The notes: generated from the sequence alone by a model not told the origin. Shown: positions 1 to 9,905, counted from the first letter of the stretch. The stretch is DNA of 64,000 nucleotides from Flavobacteriales bacterium (GCA_039931265.1 JBDTSG010000013.1:14711-78710); one strand, 5' to 3'. Program-made: numbers and translations.

Positions 1-11
1 GCAACCAACGG

Positions 12-725
12 ATGGATAACGGAAAGCAGTTCACACGTATCGGCGAGTTGGCCTCCGGCATTGCAGCGGACGTGCGCCGGTTGGAGGAAGGGAAATTGCC
101 GATCACGGAGCTGGAAGAATTGGCCGACAGCGCGCGCGAGCTGCATGAGCGCCTGATCGTGCTGCGCCACAAGGCGAGGGAGGGAAAGCCGGTTCCGGTT
201 CCTGTTCCCAGCCCGGCTCCTGTTGCTCCTCCAGCCCCAGCCCCTGTTCCTGCACCCGCACCTGCTCAAGAGCCCCAAACGATACGATTGGATACGGCGC
301 CGAAACAGACCTCCCTGATCGATGCGATCGCGGAAACGGAGGTGCCCGGCGCGAAGGCGAAGGCGCCCAAGCCGCCCGTAGCCACTGCAAAGAGCGAGAC
401 GCAGAAGATGCCACCACACTCAGCCGTTCCTACCCTCCCCGGTGCAGCGAAGCCCGTTGCCTCTGTCGGGGCGAAGTTGGAGCGGGCCCCGATCGCTGAT
501 CTTGGCAAGGCAGTTGCCCTGAGCCAGAAGTTCTGGTTCGTTGCCGAACTCTTCGGTGGGGACAGAGGTGCATACGAACACGCCGTGGATCAATTGAACA
601 AAGCACCCGGACGTGCCGAGGCGAAAGTCTATCTGCAGGAGGAAGTGCTCCAGAAGCTGAAGACCCCGCCCGGAGAAGATGTCCTTGCCGCCTTCAACGA
701 GCTCATCGAACGCCGACACCGCTGA
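12..725 (+). CDS. hypothetical proline/alanine-rich protein (PVPAPA low-complexity core)
   Basis: 237-aa ORF from the ATG at 12, which is the first in-frame start in the window, so it may begin upstream. It has a central PVPVPVPSPAPVAPPAPAPVPAPAPA tract and a globular-looking C-terminus. It is co-oriented with the downstream peptidase and abuts it. Confidence 0.45.
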   Translation: MDNGKQFTRIGELASGIAADVRRLEEGKLPITELEELADSARELHERLIVLRHKAREGKPVPVPVPSPAPVAPPAPAPVPAPAPAQEPQTIRLDTAPKQTSLIDAIAETEVPGAKAKAPKPPVATAKSETQKMPPHSAVPTLPGAAKPVASVGAKLERAPIADLGKAVALSQKFWFVAELFGGDRGAYEHAVDQLNKAPGRAEAKVYLQEEVLQKLKTPPGEDVLAAFNELIERRHR

Positions 726-2011
726 TGAAGAACCCCCACCTTCTCGCCGCCCTTCTCTTACCGCTTTCGGTCGCCGCCCAGCAACCAACCACGGCCGTAC
801 CGCAGGCGGACCCGGTGGTGGCGAAAGCGCGCGGTTACATCGGTGATCTCTGTTCGCCGGACATGTTCGGGCGCGGGTACGTCCAAGGCGGGGACAGCTT
901 GGCAGCAGAGTATCTCGCTGCGAAGTTCAAGGCGCTCGGGGCGGAACCCGTGCGGGAGTCCTATTTCGAGCCGTTCACCTTCAATGTGAACAGCTTTCCG
1001 AATCCGATCTACGCCGTTATCGACGGAATGGCGCTTCAACCCGGGGTCGACTTCATCGTGGGTCCGAACAGCGGCAAGGCATCGGGCAACTTCGGCATCG
1101 CGCACATCACTCCGCAGGACCTTTCTCCGGAAAACGCTGCGCGTACGTACGGTGTGATCTCAGGCAAGGCTGTCCACTTCAATGTGCCGGCCACCAAGGA
1201 TCCCGATTCGTTGGCGCTCTTCGCGAAAATGGAACGCGAACTGATGTACTACGCGCCCGTGATCAAACGCACCAGTGGCAAACTCACGTGGAGCGTTGCG
1301 CACGAGGCGTTGCCTTACCCGCTCATTGAGGTGCTGCCGGAAGCGATCACGGACAGCGCCGAGACCATCGATCTGCGGATCAAGAACAAACTGATCAGGG
1401 ACCACCACGCGCGTAACGTTTGGGGATGGGTGAAGGGGAAGAAGCCCGGCAAAGGCACCGTGATCATCAGCGCGCATTTCGATCATCTCGGCCTCATGGG
1501 CGATGCGTTGTTCCCAGGCGCCAACGACAACGCCAGCGGTGTTGCCATGCTGCTCACGCTCATGGAGCGTTTCGTGAAGGAGCCACCGGACCACAACGTG
1601 TTCTTCATCGCCTTCGCAGGGGAGGAAGCGGGACTGGAGGGATCCACGTGGTGTGTCGCCGATCGCCCGATCGAATGGAACACCGTGCGCCTGATGTTGA
1701 ACCTCGATATCATGGGCACCGGCGACGACGGGATCATGGTGGTGAACGCGACCGTGCAGGAGGATGAGTTCGCCCTCCTCACCCAGATTAACACCGATAA
1801 GCCACGTTTGGTCGACATCAAGAGCCGCGGCCCTGCGTGCAACAGCGATCATTGCCCGTTCGTGCAGAAAGGCATCCCGGCCATCTTCATATACACCCTC
1901 GGTGGCATTGCGGCCTACCACGATGTGAACGACAAGCCCGAGACACTTCCGCTAACCGACTTCGCGGATATACATGCCACACTGTTCGACTTCGTTCAGG
2001 CGCTGAAATGA
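725..2011 (+). CDS. M28 family zinc peptidase (aminopeptidase-like), secreted
   Basis: N-terminal signal peptide MKNPHLLAALLLPLSVAAQ. It has the M28 metal-binding core ISAHFDHLGLMGDALFPGANDNASGVAMLLTLMERF, a downstream AFAGEEAGLEGS motif and a SDHCPF region. Confidence 0.85.
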   Translation: MKNPHLLAALLLPLSVAAQQPTTAVPQADPVVAKARGYIGDLCSPDMFGRGYVQGGDSLAAEYLAAKFKALGAEPVRESYFEPFTFNVNSFPNPIYAVIDGMALQPGVDFIVGPNSGKASGNFGIAHITPQDLSPENAARTYGVISGKAVHFNVPATKDPDSLALFAKMERELMYYAPVIKRTSGKLTWSVAHEALPYPLIEVLPEAITDSAETIDLRIKNKLIRDHHARNVWGWVKGKKPGKGTVIISAHFDHLGLMGDALFPGANDNASGVAMLLTLMERFVKEPPDHNVFFIAFAGEEAGLEGSTWCVADRPIEWNTVRLMLNLDIMGTGDDGIMVVNATVQEDEFALLTQINTDKPRLVDIKSRGPACNSDHCPFVQKGIPAIFIYTLGGIAAYHDVNDKPETLPLTDFADIHATLFDFVQALK

Positions 2012-2685
2012 GCGCACGATTGGTATTGGTGCCCACGCCCATCGGCAACTTGGAGGACATTACGCTGCGGGCAAGGCGGATCTTGGGCGAATGCGACGGA
2101 GTGATCGCGGAAGACACGCGCGTTACCGGAAAATTGCTGCAGTTGCTCGGTATCAAGAAGCCGCTGGTACCCTTTCATGCGCACAACGAGCACGGCATGG
2201 TGGATCAGTTGACACGGCGCTTGCTCAATGGTGAGTACCTGGTGCTGGTAAGCGATGCCGGCACTCCGGCGATCAGCGACCCCGGCTTCTTGTTGGTGCG
2301 CGAGGCGATCAAGCACGGCATCGTGGTGGAATGTCTGCCCGGCCCAACTGCGTTTGTTCCGGCATTGGTGGCGAGCGGGCTTCCCTGCGATCGTTTCGTG
2401 TTCGAGGGTTTCCTGCCAGTGAAGAAGGGAAGGCAGACCCGTTTGGCGGAACTGAAGGCCGAAGAGCGCACCATGATCTTCTATGAAAGTCCGCACCGCG
2501 TCGCGCGCAGCTTGCGCGACTTGTCCGAAGCTTTCGGGAGCGATCGAGCGGCCTGTGTTTCGCGCGAACTGACCAAGATGTACGAAGAGCATGTCCGTGG
2601 TACACTGGCGGAATTGCACGTGCGCTTCAGTGCCAAAGAAACCAAGGGCGAGATCGTGCTTTGTGTTGCGGGTAAGGAACAATGA
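2008..2685 (+). CDS. rsmI: 16S rRNA (cytidine1402-2'-O)-methyltransferase RsmI
   Basis: ATG at 2008 overlaps the upstream TGA as ATGA. The N-terminus is LVLVPTPIGNLEDITLRA...GVIAEDTRVTGKLL and the length is 225 aa, typical for RsmI. The ORF-track start at 1837 is an upstream extension. Confidence 0.85.
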   Translation: MSARLVLVPTPIGNLEDITLRARRILGECDGVIAEDTRVTGKLLQLLGIKKPLVPFHAHNEHGMVDQLTRRLLNGEYLVLVSDAGTPAISDPGFLLVREAIKHGIVVECLPGPTAFVPALVASGLPCDRFVFEGFLPVKKGRQTRLAELKAEERTMIFYESPHRVARSLRDLSEAFGSDRAACVSRELTKMYEEHVRGTLAELHVRFSAKETKGEIVLCVAGKEQ

Positions 2686-3713
2686 ACATGATGAAAGCCT
2701 GGCTCCTCACCAAGAACGGCGATCCGCTGAACGCCTTCGTATTGCGCGAGGTGGAAGCACCGACGCTGAAGCCGGGACATGTGCGCATCATGTCCGAAGG
2801 CTTCGGACTGAACTATGCTGACGCGATGGCCGTCGCCGGGCTCTACCGCGAAGCGCCGCCCTTGCCGAGCATCATCGGTTACGAAATGGTGGGAAGGGTA
2901 ACCGAATGTGGTGAAGGAGTTGCACCGGACCTCCGCGGCAAACGCGTGCTCGCGTTGACACGCTTCGGCGGGTATGCCCAACAAGCGGTGGTCGATATGC
3001 GTGGTGTCGTGCAGCTATCGGAGGACATTCCCATCGGTGAAGCGCTGGCGCTCGGGACCCAAGGATGCACAGCATGGTACATGGCCACATACGCGTTCCC
3101 ATTGATGGCGGGACAACGTGTGTTGGTGCACAGTGCCGCAGGTGGGGTCGGGCAAATGCTGGTGCGGATCGCCCAACACCGCGGGTGCGAAGTGTTCGCG
3201 GTCGTTGGCTCCAAGGCGAAGGCGGATCGCATCCGCAGCATGGGCGTGCATCATGTGGTGGACCGTTCCCAAGGCGACTATGCAATGCAGGCGCGCAATC
3301 TCCTTGGCAAGTCGCGGTTCGATGTCAGTTTCAATCCGGTTGCGGGTGCCACCTTCAAGAAGGACATGGGGTTGGTGGGTAGTGGTGGTGCCGTGGTGCT
3401 CTTCGGTGGCGCCGCGCGCTCCGGGAAGGCGGGCGGCATTTTCGCTTCGCTGAAGTTCGTTTGGGACATGGGCCTGCTGTTGCCCATCGGGTTGATGATG
3501 CGCAGCAAGAGCGTGATCGGCATCAACATGCTGAAGCTCGGTGATCATCGTCCGGAATTGATGGGCCGTTGCCTGCGGGAAGTAGTGCAGGCCCACACCG
3601 ATGGTATTGTGCGGCCGCACGTGCATGGCTTGGTGGCCGTGGCCGACATGCCCGAGGCCCTTGCCGATCTCGGCGCTGGCCGCACAATGGGCAAGGTTGC
3701 CGTGGTGTGGTAA
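2682..3713 (+). CDS. MDR-family zinc-binding dehydrogenase / NADPH:quinone oxidoreductase-like
   Basis: GroES-like N-domain, HVRIMSEGFGLNYADAMAVAGLY. Rossmann motif HSAAGGVGQMLVRIA. 343 aa. Start overlaps the rsmI stop. Confidence 0.75.
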   Translation: MNMMKAWLLTKNGDPLNAFVLREVEAPTLKPGHVRIMSEGFGLNYADAMAVAGLYREAPPLPSIIGYEMVGRVTECGEGVAPDLRGKRVLALTRFGGYAQQAVVDMRGVVQLSEDIPIGEALALGTQGCTAWYMATYAFPLMAGQRVLVHSAAGGVGQMLVRIAQHRGCEVFAVVGSKAKADRIRSMGVHHVVDRSQGDYAMQARNLLGKSRFDVSFNPVAGATFKKDMGLVGSGGAVVLFGGAARSGKAGGIFASLKFVWDMGLLLPIGLMMRSKSVIGINMLKLGDHRPELMGRCLREVVQAHTDGIVRPHVHGLVAVADMPEALADLGAGRTMGKVAVVW

Positions 3714-3750
3714 GGCGGATCGCGTTCGGCGTGGGGATTACCTTGCAGCC

Positions 3751-4725
3751 ATGAAGGCCTTCCTCGAACGACTTGTGCTGCGCACCATGTTGCGCGGCGA
3801 TGTTGCCGCGAAAGGCGAGGAGGAGATCTCTCCATTCGCACTGGCCAAAGGCTATCGTGCATTGCGCGTGCTGGCATGGCGCACCACAAAGGACATCGCC
3901 ATGCTGGTCACGGGTGTTGCCTCGGCCGCTTTCGGCTTGGAGAGCTTCCTGTTGCCGAACACTTTCATCGATGGCGGTGCAACCGGCATTGCGCTGCTCA
4001 TTACCGCGTACAGTGGCCTGCCGTTAGGTGTTTGGTTGGCGTTGGTGAACGTGCCGTTCATCCTCATGGCCTACCGGATGTTGGGAAAGGAGTTCGCCAT
4101 GAAGACGGTTGCGGGCATTGTAGCGCTCGCGCTGGCCGTGAGCCTTGTGCATTTCCCGCAGGTAACGCACGACAAGCTGCTGGTGGCCGTGTTCGGCGGG
4201 TTCTTCCTGGGGCTCGGCATCGGGCTGGCGGTGCGGGCCGGTGCGGTGATCGACGGTACGGAAGTCTTGGCCATAGCCATCAGTCGGCGCACGGGCCTCA
4301 CCATCGGCGATGTGATCCTCTTCGTCAACGTGATCATTTTCGGTGTGGCGGCTTGGTTGCTCACCGTGGAGATCGCGCTGTACAGCATGATCACCTACCT
4401 CGCCGCAGGGCGCACCGTCGATTTCATCATTGAAGGGATCGAGGAATACACCGGGGTCACCATCATCAGTCCGCACAGCGATGAACTGCGCGACATGATC
4501 GTGCACAAACTGCGGCGTGGCATCACGGTATACAACGGGAAACGCGGCTACGGTACGCACGGCCATGCACACGATACGGAGATCCTCTACTGCGTGATCA
4601 CACGACTTGAAGTAGGCAAGCTCACTGCGGAGATCCGCCGCATCGACCCCAATGCTTTCGTGATCATGAGCAGCATCAAGGACACGCGTGGCGGCATGAT
4701 CAAGCAGCGCCGGCATAAGCACTGA
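3751..4725 (+). CDS. YitT-family membrane protein (DUF161 repeats plus C-terminal DUF2179)
   Basis: Internal ATG at 3751 (MKAFLERLV). There are multiple TM helices and two GxxxIDGGATG-like halves. The soluble C-terminal domain is GITVYNGKRGYG...IKDTRGG. The ORF-track start at 3601 is an upstream extension. Confidence 0.7.
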   Translation: MKAFLERLVLRTMLRGDVAAKGEEEISPFALAKGYRALRVLAWRTTKDIAMLVTGVASAAFGLESFLLPNTFIDGGATGIALLITAYSGLPLGVWLALVNVPFILMAYRMLGKEFAMKTVAGIVALALAVSLVHFPQVTHDKLLVAVFGGFFLGLGIGLAVRAGAVIDGTEVLAIAISRRTGLTIGDVILFVNVIIFGVAAWLLTVEIALYSMITYLAAGRTVDFIIEGIEEYTGVTIISPHSDELRDMIVHKLRRGITVYNGKRGYGTHGHAHDTEILYCVITRLEVGKLTAEIRRIDPNAFVIMSSIKDTRGGMIKQRRHKH

Positions 4726-4856
4726 TCTCTTACCCGGCTGCTACGGAATGGCGCCTGCGTTTGGCGTCGATCGCGTAAACCGCAGCCAACCGCATCACCG
4801 CGTCAGGAGCCTCGGCCCCGGCCGGGCAACCCAAACCGTGCTCGGTATGCCACGGC

Positions 4857-4886
4857 GATGAACAACCTTGGCGGGTCGCTCTCGTC
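4857..4886 (+). promoter_or_regulatory. conserved upstream motif GATGAACAACCTTGGCG with ECF-like AAC-N16-CGTC geometry, 50 nt before the paralog 1 ATG
   Basis: The 17-mer recurs at 7394..7410 (GATGAGCAACCTTGGCG) at a near-identical distance from the paralog 2 ATG. The two copies are in different reading frames relative to their downstream genes, so the motif is non-coding. In this copy AAC at 4864-4866 is followed by a 16-nt spacer and CGTC at 4883-4886. Confidence 0.35.
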
Positions 4887-4906
4887 TACGCTACAGATCG
4901 CCCTCA

Positions 4907-7381
4907 ATGAAACGCTTGATCCCTTTTACGTCGTGCTTTCTTGTATTGAACGCGACCGCCCAGCTCGGGCCGGAGCATCGGTTCGTTTATCCCACTGATG
5001 CATGGGCCGTGGTGATCGGGGACATGGATACAGACGCTGATGGTGACGCGGTACAAGGGAACAGTGATCACATTTGGGTGCATGAACAGTTCGCGCTGAA
5101 CCAGTTCCGCGTGACCCATGACCTTGGTTCACCCGGCCGCACGGATCGTTTGCGCATGGCCGATCTCAACGGCGATGGCATCGACGATCTGGTGATGCCG
5201 CGCCGCGATGCCGACGCGATCGCATGGGTGCAGGTGTTGGGCGGCGGGAGTTTCGGGCCGCTGCAGGATCTGGTAACCGGCATCAACCAACCCTTCGATG
5301 TGCAGGTGCATGATCTGGACGGGGATGCTGACATGGACCTGGTCTTCGCTTATGACACCTCCTCGGTGCAGGTGGCTTGGGCACCGGCCTTGGGCGGTGG
5401 TGTGTTCGGTCCAACAGTCGTCATCAGCACTACCGGGTTGGGTTTCCAGATCCCGGAGGACGTGAGCTTCTTCGATGTGGGCGATGTGGACAACGACGGC
5501 GATCAGGATATCGTGGCGAAGGGTGCGGCCCTGACATGGATGGAGAACGATGGGGCGGGGAATTTTTCCACCGTGGCCATACCTGCCAGTTCCAATGTGT
5601 GGGATGTTCAGCTGGCCAATGTGAACGGCGACCCGTATCCCGACCTGATGACCATGGAGAACGATGACATCCACCGTCGGTTGAACAACGGCGGTGCCGG
5701 GTTCAACGCAGCCACGCCGATGCTCATCCTCGACGATGCCCAATACGCCTCGCGCATGGAGATGGAGGATGTGGATGGTGATGGCGACATGGATCTGCTC
5801 TATCGATGGGGAGGCATCGTTTCATTCACCCATAGTGTGCGTGTTCAACTGAACAATGGAGCGGGCAGCTTCAATGCGGGTACCGTCTCTCTGTTTTCCG
5901 ACACGCAACAACCGTTCGCCGTGGGTGATCTTGATGGCGCTGGCGATCGCGACCTGTTCGGGCAGGCGAACCATGGATTGTTCGTTGTGCCCGATGGAGG
6001 CAGTGCCCATATCCGCCTTACCTCGGTGCCCAAGCCCGATCATGTATCGGTTGCGGACGTGAACGGCGATGGCAGCAATGATGTGGTCGTATCCGGTCCT
6101 ACCACCTTCAGTCCATTGACCGAAGGTTTTCGACCACTGCAATTAGGTGTGCATTTGAACGACGCTATCGGGAACGTGAATGAAACACCGCTCGATGGCC
6201 TGGTTTCACCCTGTCCCATCCTTCGCACCGATACCGCAGACCTGGATGGCGACGGCGATCAAGACCTTGTTGCACTATGGCAGGAACCACAGGCCGGTAC
6301 CATGAAACAGTTCATGGTATTGGAGAACCAGAACGGCGTATTCGATTCCATCGGTGCTATCGGTCCCCAGTGGTTTCCATGGATCCCCGAAGATCCGTTC
6401 CAACCCGTGCTGCGCGACATCGACGGAGATACGGATATCGACCTGATGCGGCACATTTCATCCGGGTTGTACCGGAGCGCGAACAATGGCAGTGCGGTGT
6501 TCGGTCCAGAGCAGGAGTTCGATCCAGGAGGCATGTGGATCCTTAGCGCCGCAACGCTTTGCGATGTGGACAACAGCAGTTTGCCCGACTATGTGTGGAG
6601 CCATGGGAACTTCGGCGGTGCCGGACCCGATTCGATCTTCTGGAACGAGAACCTCGGCCTTGGTGTTCCGGGCCCTAACCAATTCGTGGCGATCTCCCCT
6701 GTGCTGACCTTCGCCAACGTCCCGATCCACAGCCAGGTGCTTTCGGGAACGGATCTGAACAGCGATGGGCTCGAAGACCTGCTGATCTTCAATGGTGATT
6801 CGTTGGGCGTTATGTACAACACCGGGGGTGTCCTTAACCCTGCCCAAGAGTGGGCGTGCAACGCGATCGCCTATGCCGTGGGCGATATGGACGGGAACGG
6901 CTATGTGGATATCGTAACGCTGAGCCCGAATGCCGACATTATCGCATACCTCAACAACGGACTTGTTTTCGGCGTGGGCCAATTGATGGCGGCTGCACCG
7001 CAGAGCACCGGCACCAGCCACCTCGCTCTTGCTGATATGGATGGCGACCTCGACCTGGATGTGATCACCTGTTCGGTGAACGGCAGTGCGGCGTGGTTGG
7101 GTAATACGGGCAACTTCCCGTTGGGTATTCCGGAGGCGCGTGCGCACACCACGGTTCATGTTTATCCGAACCCCAGCAGCAGCGGCTTCACGTTGCACGC
7201 ATCTGCGCCGATCCTCAACGCGCAGTTGCTCGACGTGCGTGGCCGTGTCCTCAGGACCATTCACGGCAATGGTACCAACGAATTGCGCATCGAGCGGGGC
7301 GACTTGTTGCAGGGTTTGTATTTGGTGCGGGTGGTGCAGGGCAATGGTGCTGCGTTAACGAGCAGGGTGGTGATGGAATGA
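4907..7381 (+). CDS. FG-GAP (VCBS/integrin-alpha beta-propeller) repeat protein with T9SS type A C-terminal sorting domain, paralog 1
   Basis: Signal peptide MKRLIPFTSCFLVLNATAQ at the ATG 4907; the track start at 4868 is a TTG. Many DxDGDGxxDLV FG-GAP motifs. The C-terminus VHVYPNPSSSGFTLHA...GLYLVRVVQGNGAALTSRVVME is a Por secretion-tail type A domain. Confidence 0.8.
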   Translation: MKRLIPFTSCFLVLNATAQLGPEHRFVYPTDAWAVVIGDMDTDADGDAVQGNSDHIWVHEQFALNQFRVTHDLGSPGRTDRLRMADLNGDGIDDLVMPRRDADAIAWVQVLGGGSFGPLQDLVTGINQPFDVQVHDLDGDADMDLVFAYDTSSVQVAWAPALGGGVFGPTVVISTTGLGFQIPEDVSFFDVGDVDNDGDQDIVAKGAALTWMENDGAGNFSTVAIPASSNVWDVQLANVNGDPYPDLMTMENDDIHRRLNNGGAGFNAATPMLILDDAQYASRMEMEDVDGDGDMDLLYRWGGIVSFTHSVRVQLNNGAGSFNAGTVSLFSDTQQPFAVGDLDGAGDRDLFGQANHGLFVVPDGGSAHIRLTSVPKPDHVSVADVNGDGSNDVVVSGPTTFSPLTEGFRPLQLGVHLNDAIGNVNETPLDGLVSPCPILRTDTADLDGDGDQDLVALWQEPQAGTMKQFMVLENQNGVFDSIGAIGPQWFPWIPEDPFQPVLRDIDGDTDIDLMRHISSGLYRSANNGSAVFGPEQEFDPGGMWILSAATLCDVDNSSLPDYVWSHGNFGGAGPDSIFWNENLGLGVPGPNQFVAISPVLTFANVPIHSQVLSGTDLNSDGLEDLLIFNGDSLGVMYNTGGVLNPAQEWACNAIAYAVGDMDGNGYVDIVTLSPNADIIAYLNNGLVFGVGQLMAAAPQSTGTSHLALADMDGDLDLDVITCSVNGSAAWLGNTGNFPLGIPEARAHTTVHVYPNPSSSGFTLHASAPILNAQLLDVRGRVLRTIHGNGTNELRIERGDLLQGLYLVRVVQGNGAALTSRVVME
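6272..7047. repeat. ~776-bp tract essentially identical to 8796..9571 (gene-conversion-like block shared by the two FG-GAP paralogs)
   Basis: The encoded peptide LVALWQEPQAGTMKQ...DMDGDLDLDVITC is identical in both genes. The embedded six-frame ORFs are identical at a constant 2524-bp offset (6277/8801, 6486/9010, 6850/9374, 6589/9113). By eye, identity falls sharply to roughly 70-80% outside the boundaries at 6271/8795 and 7048/9572. Confidence 0.85.
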
Positions 7382-7393
7382 TCCAGACCTTGT

Positions 7394-7410
7394 GATGAGC
7401 AACCTTGGCG
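7394..7410 (+). promoter_or_regulatory. second copy of the conserved upstream 17-mer (GATGAGCAACCTTGGCG), 52 nt before the paralog 2 ATG
   Basis: 16 of 17 identical to 4857..4873. The -10-like CGTC is not conserved here. Confidence 0.3.
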
Positions 7411-7445
7411 CACTGTCGCGATCCGCTCAACCCAACACCTCCAAT

Positions 7446-9905
7446 ATGAAACGTTTGATCGTGCTGTTGCCTTGGTTGATCGGTGTGAACATGAATGCGC
7501 AGCTCGGTCCTGAGCACCGCTTCGTTTATCCCGGCGATGCTTGGGCCCTGGCGATCGCCGACGTGGACAATGATGGTGATGGTGACATCGTACGTTCAAC
7601 AACGGGTCCATTGGTCGTCCATGCGCAGGTGGCACCGAACACGTACAGTGTCATCTATGAACTGGGGATGGCCGGGATCGCTGATCGGGTGAGGTTCGCG
7701 GATCTGGACGGCGATGGCATCGAGGACATCGTCTTATCTCGACGAACTGCAAGTGCGGTTGCTTGGGTGCGCGTGCTTGGTGGAGGGAATTTCGGCGTAC
7801 TGGAGAACCTTGTGGCAGGCATTCCTCAAGCGTTCGATGTTCAGATTGAGGACGTGGATGGCGACGGCGATCCGGACCTGGTGTTCGCATACGCGATGTT
7901 GGACGCCACATTGGCGTGGGCACCGAACTTGGGTGGCGGGGTGTTCGGCGCGACGCAGGTCATCGTTGCGACGTCTTTTTCCGTCGACCCGCAACTGGGC
8001 AGTTTTTTCGATAGCGGTGATATCGACCAGGATGGTGATATCGACTTCATGACCAGGACGGCCAATGCCCTGAAATGGTGGGAGAACGACGGCGTCGGCG
8101 GGTTCTCATTGGTGAGCATACCGGGAAGCTCGGGTGTTTATGATGTTCAACTGGCGGATATCGACGGGGACCTTGCGCCTGACATCCTCTTCAGCAGATC
8201 GAACGATCTCTGGAAGTGCGTGAACAACGGGTCGGGCGGATTCGCACCAGAAGAGGCATTGATGCAGTACACCACGAACTTGAAGAATCGCATGGAGGCC
8301 TTGGACCTTGATGGCGATGGAGACGAGGATGTGGCGTACCGGAGGGGAGGCGGCATCGGCATTTCGCACGTGATGGGCGGGTCGATCAACGATGGCATCG
8401 GGAATTTCAGTCAAGTTGGCAGCGCATTGCCGGGGGACTTTCCGCAACCCTTCGCGTACGGGGATCTCAACGGTGCACCGCCGCTCGATCTGGTCGGTTA
8501 TGCGAACGACGGGCTGTACGTCGCTCCTTTTCCGCAGCGTTTGAATTCCGTGACGGGGGCGGTCCATGTTTCCATCTCCGACTTTGATCTCGATGGTGAC
8601 AATGACGTAGTGCTTTCCGGCCAAAACTGGTTCAGTCCGCTCGCCGAGGGACTACGACCGCTCCAACTGGCTCTTCACTCCAATGATGGGGCCGGGGTGA
8701 TGCTGCAGTCGCCCGAAGAACTTTGGGTATCTGCGGCAAGCATTGCCAGGGCCGACGCGAAGGACCTGGACGGTGATGGTGACGATGATCTCGTGGCACT
8801 ATGGCAGGAACCACAGGCCGGTACCATGAAACAGTTCATGGTATTGGAGAACCAGAACGGCGTATTCGATTCCATCGGTGCTATCGGTCCCCAGTGGTTT
8901 CCATGGATCCCCGAAGATCCGTTCCAACCCGTGCTGCGCGACATCGACGGAGATACGGATATCGACCTGATGCGGCACATTTCATCCGGGTTGTACCGGA
9001 GCGCGAACAATGGCAGTGCGGTGTTCGGTCCAGAGCAGGAGTTCGATCCAGGAGGCATGTGGATCCTTAGCGCCGCAACGCTTTGCGATGTGGACAACAG
9101 CAGTTTGCCCGACTATGTGTGGAGCCATGGGAACTTCGGCGGTGCCGGACCCGATTCGATCTTCTGGAACGAGAACCTCGGCCTTGGTGTTCCGGGCCCT
9201 AACCAATTCGTGGCGATCTCCCCTGTGCTGACCTTCGCCAACGTCCCGATCCACAGCCAGGTGCTTTCGGGAACGGATCTGAACAGCGATGGGCTCGAAG
9301 ACCTGCTGATCTTCAATGGTGATTCGTTGGGCGTTATGTACAACACCGGGGGTGTCCTTAACCCTGCCCAAGAGTGGGCGTGCAACGCGATCGCCTATGC
9401 CGTGGGCGATATGGACGGGAACGGCTATGTGGATATCGTAACGCTGAGCCCGAATGCCGACATTATCGCATACCTCAACAACGGACTTGTTTTCGGCGTG
9501 GGCCAATTGATGGCGGCTGCACCGCAGAGCACCGGCACCAGCCACCTCGCTCTTGCTGATATGGATGGCGATCTCGACCTGGACGTGATCACTTGCGCGG
9601 TGAACGGCAGTGCTGCGTGGCTTGGCAACACCGGGAATTTCCCGTTGGGAATTTCAGAGACACGCGTGCATGAAACGGTTCACATGTACCCGAACCCGAG
9701 CAGCAGTGGGTTCACCGTGCATGCTTTATGGGCGATCCAAAGCGTGCAGTTGCTCGACGTGCGCGGCCATGTTCTCTGGAGCATCCCCGGCAATGGCACC
9801 AACGAACTACGCATCGAACGCGGCGACTTGTCGGCGGGCTTGTATGTCGTGCGGGCAGTGCAGAGCACCGGTGCTGTTGCAACAAGCCGGGTGGTGGTGG
9901 GGTGA
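7446..9905 (+). CDS. FG-GAP repeat protein with T9SS type A C-terminal sorting domain, paralog 2
   Basis: Signal peptide MKRLIVLLPWLIGVNMNAQ at the ATG 7446; the track start at 7392 is a GTG. It has the same architecture as 4907..7381. The central ~776 bp are identical to paralog 1 and the C-terminal domain is VHMYPNPSSSGFTVHA... Confidence 0.8.
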   Translation: MKRLIVLLPWLIGVNMNAQLGPEHRFVYPGDAWALAIADVDNDGDGDIVRSTTGPLVVHAQVAPNTYSVIYELGMAGIADRVRFADLDGDGIEDIVLSRRTASAVAWVRVLGGGNFGVLENLVAGIPQAFDVQIEDVDGDGDPDLVFAYAMLDATLAWAPNLGGGVFGATQVIVATSFSVDPQLGSFFDSGDIDQDGDIDFMTRTANALKWWENDGVGGFSLVSIPGSSGVYDVQLADIDGDLAPDILFSRSNDLWKCVNNGSGGFAPEEALMQYTTNLKNRMEALDLDGDGDEDVAYRRGGGIGISHVMGGSINDGIGNFSQVGSALPGDFPQPFAYGDLNGAPPLDLVGYANDGLYVAPFPQRLNSVTGAVHVSISDFDLDGDNDVVLSGQNWFSPLAEGLRPLQLALHSNDGAGVMLQSPEELWVSAASIARADAKDLDGDGDDDLVALWQEPQAGTMKQFMVLENQNGVFDSIGAIGPQWFPWIPEDPFQPVLRDIDGDTDIDLMRHISSGLYRSANNGSAVFGPEQEFDPGGMWILSAATLCDVDNSSLPDYVWSHGNFGGAGPDSIFWNENLGLGVPGPNQFVAISPVLTFANVPIHSQVLSGTDLNSDGLEDLLIFNGDSLGVMYNTGGVLNPAQEWACNAIAYAVGDMDGNGYVDIVTLSPNADIIAYLNNGLVFGVGQLMAAAPQSTGTSHLALADMDGDLDLDVITCAVNGSAAWLGNTGNFPLGISETRVHETVHMYPNPSSSGFTVHALWAIQSVQLLDVRGHVLWSIPGNGTNELRIERGDLSAGLYVVRAVQSTGAVATSRVVVG
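8796..9571. repeat. second copy of the ~776-bp identical tract (see 6272..7047)
   Basis: As for 6272..7047. Confidence 0.85.
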
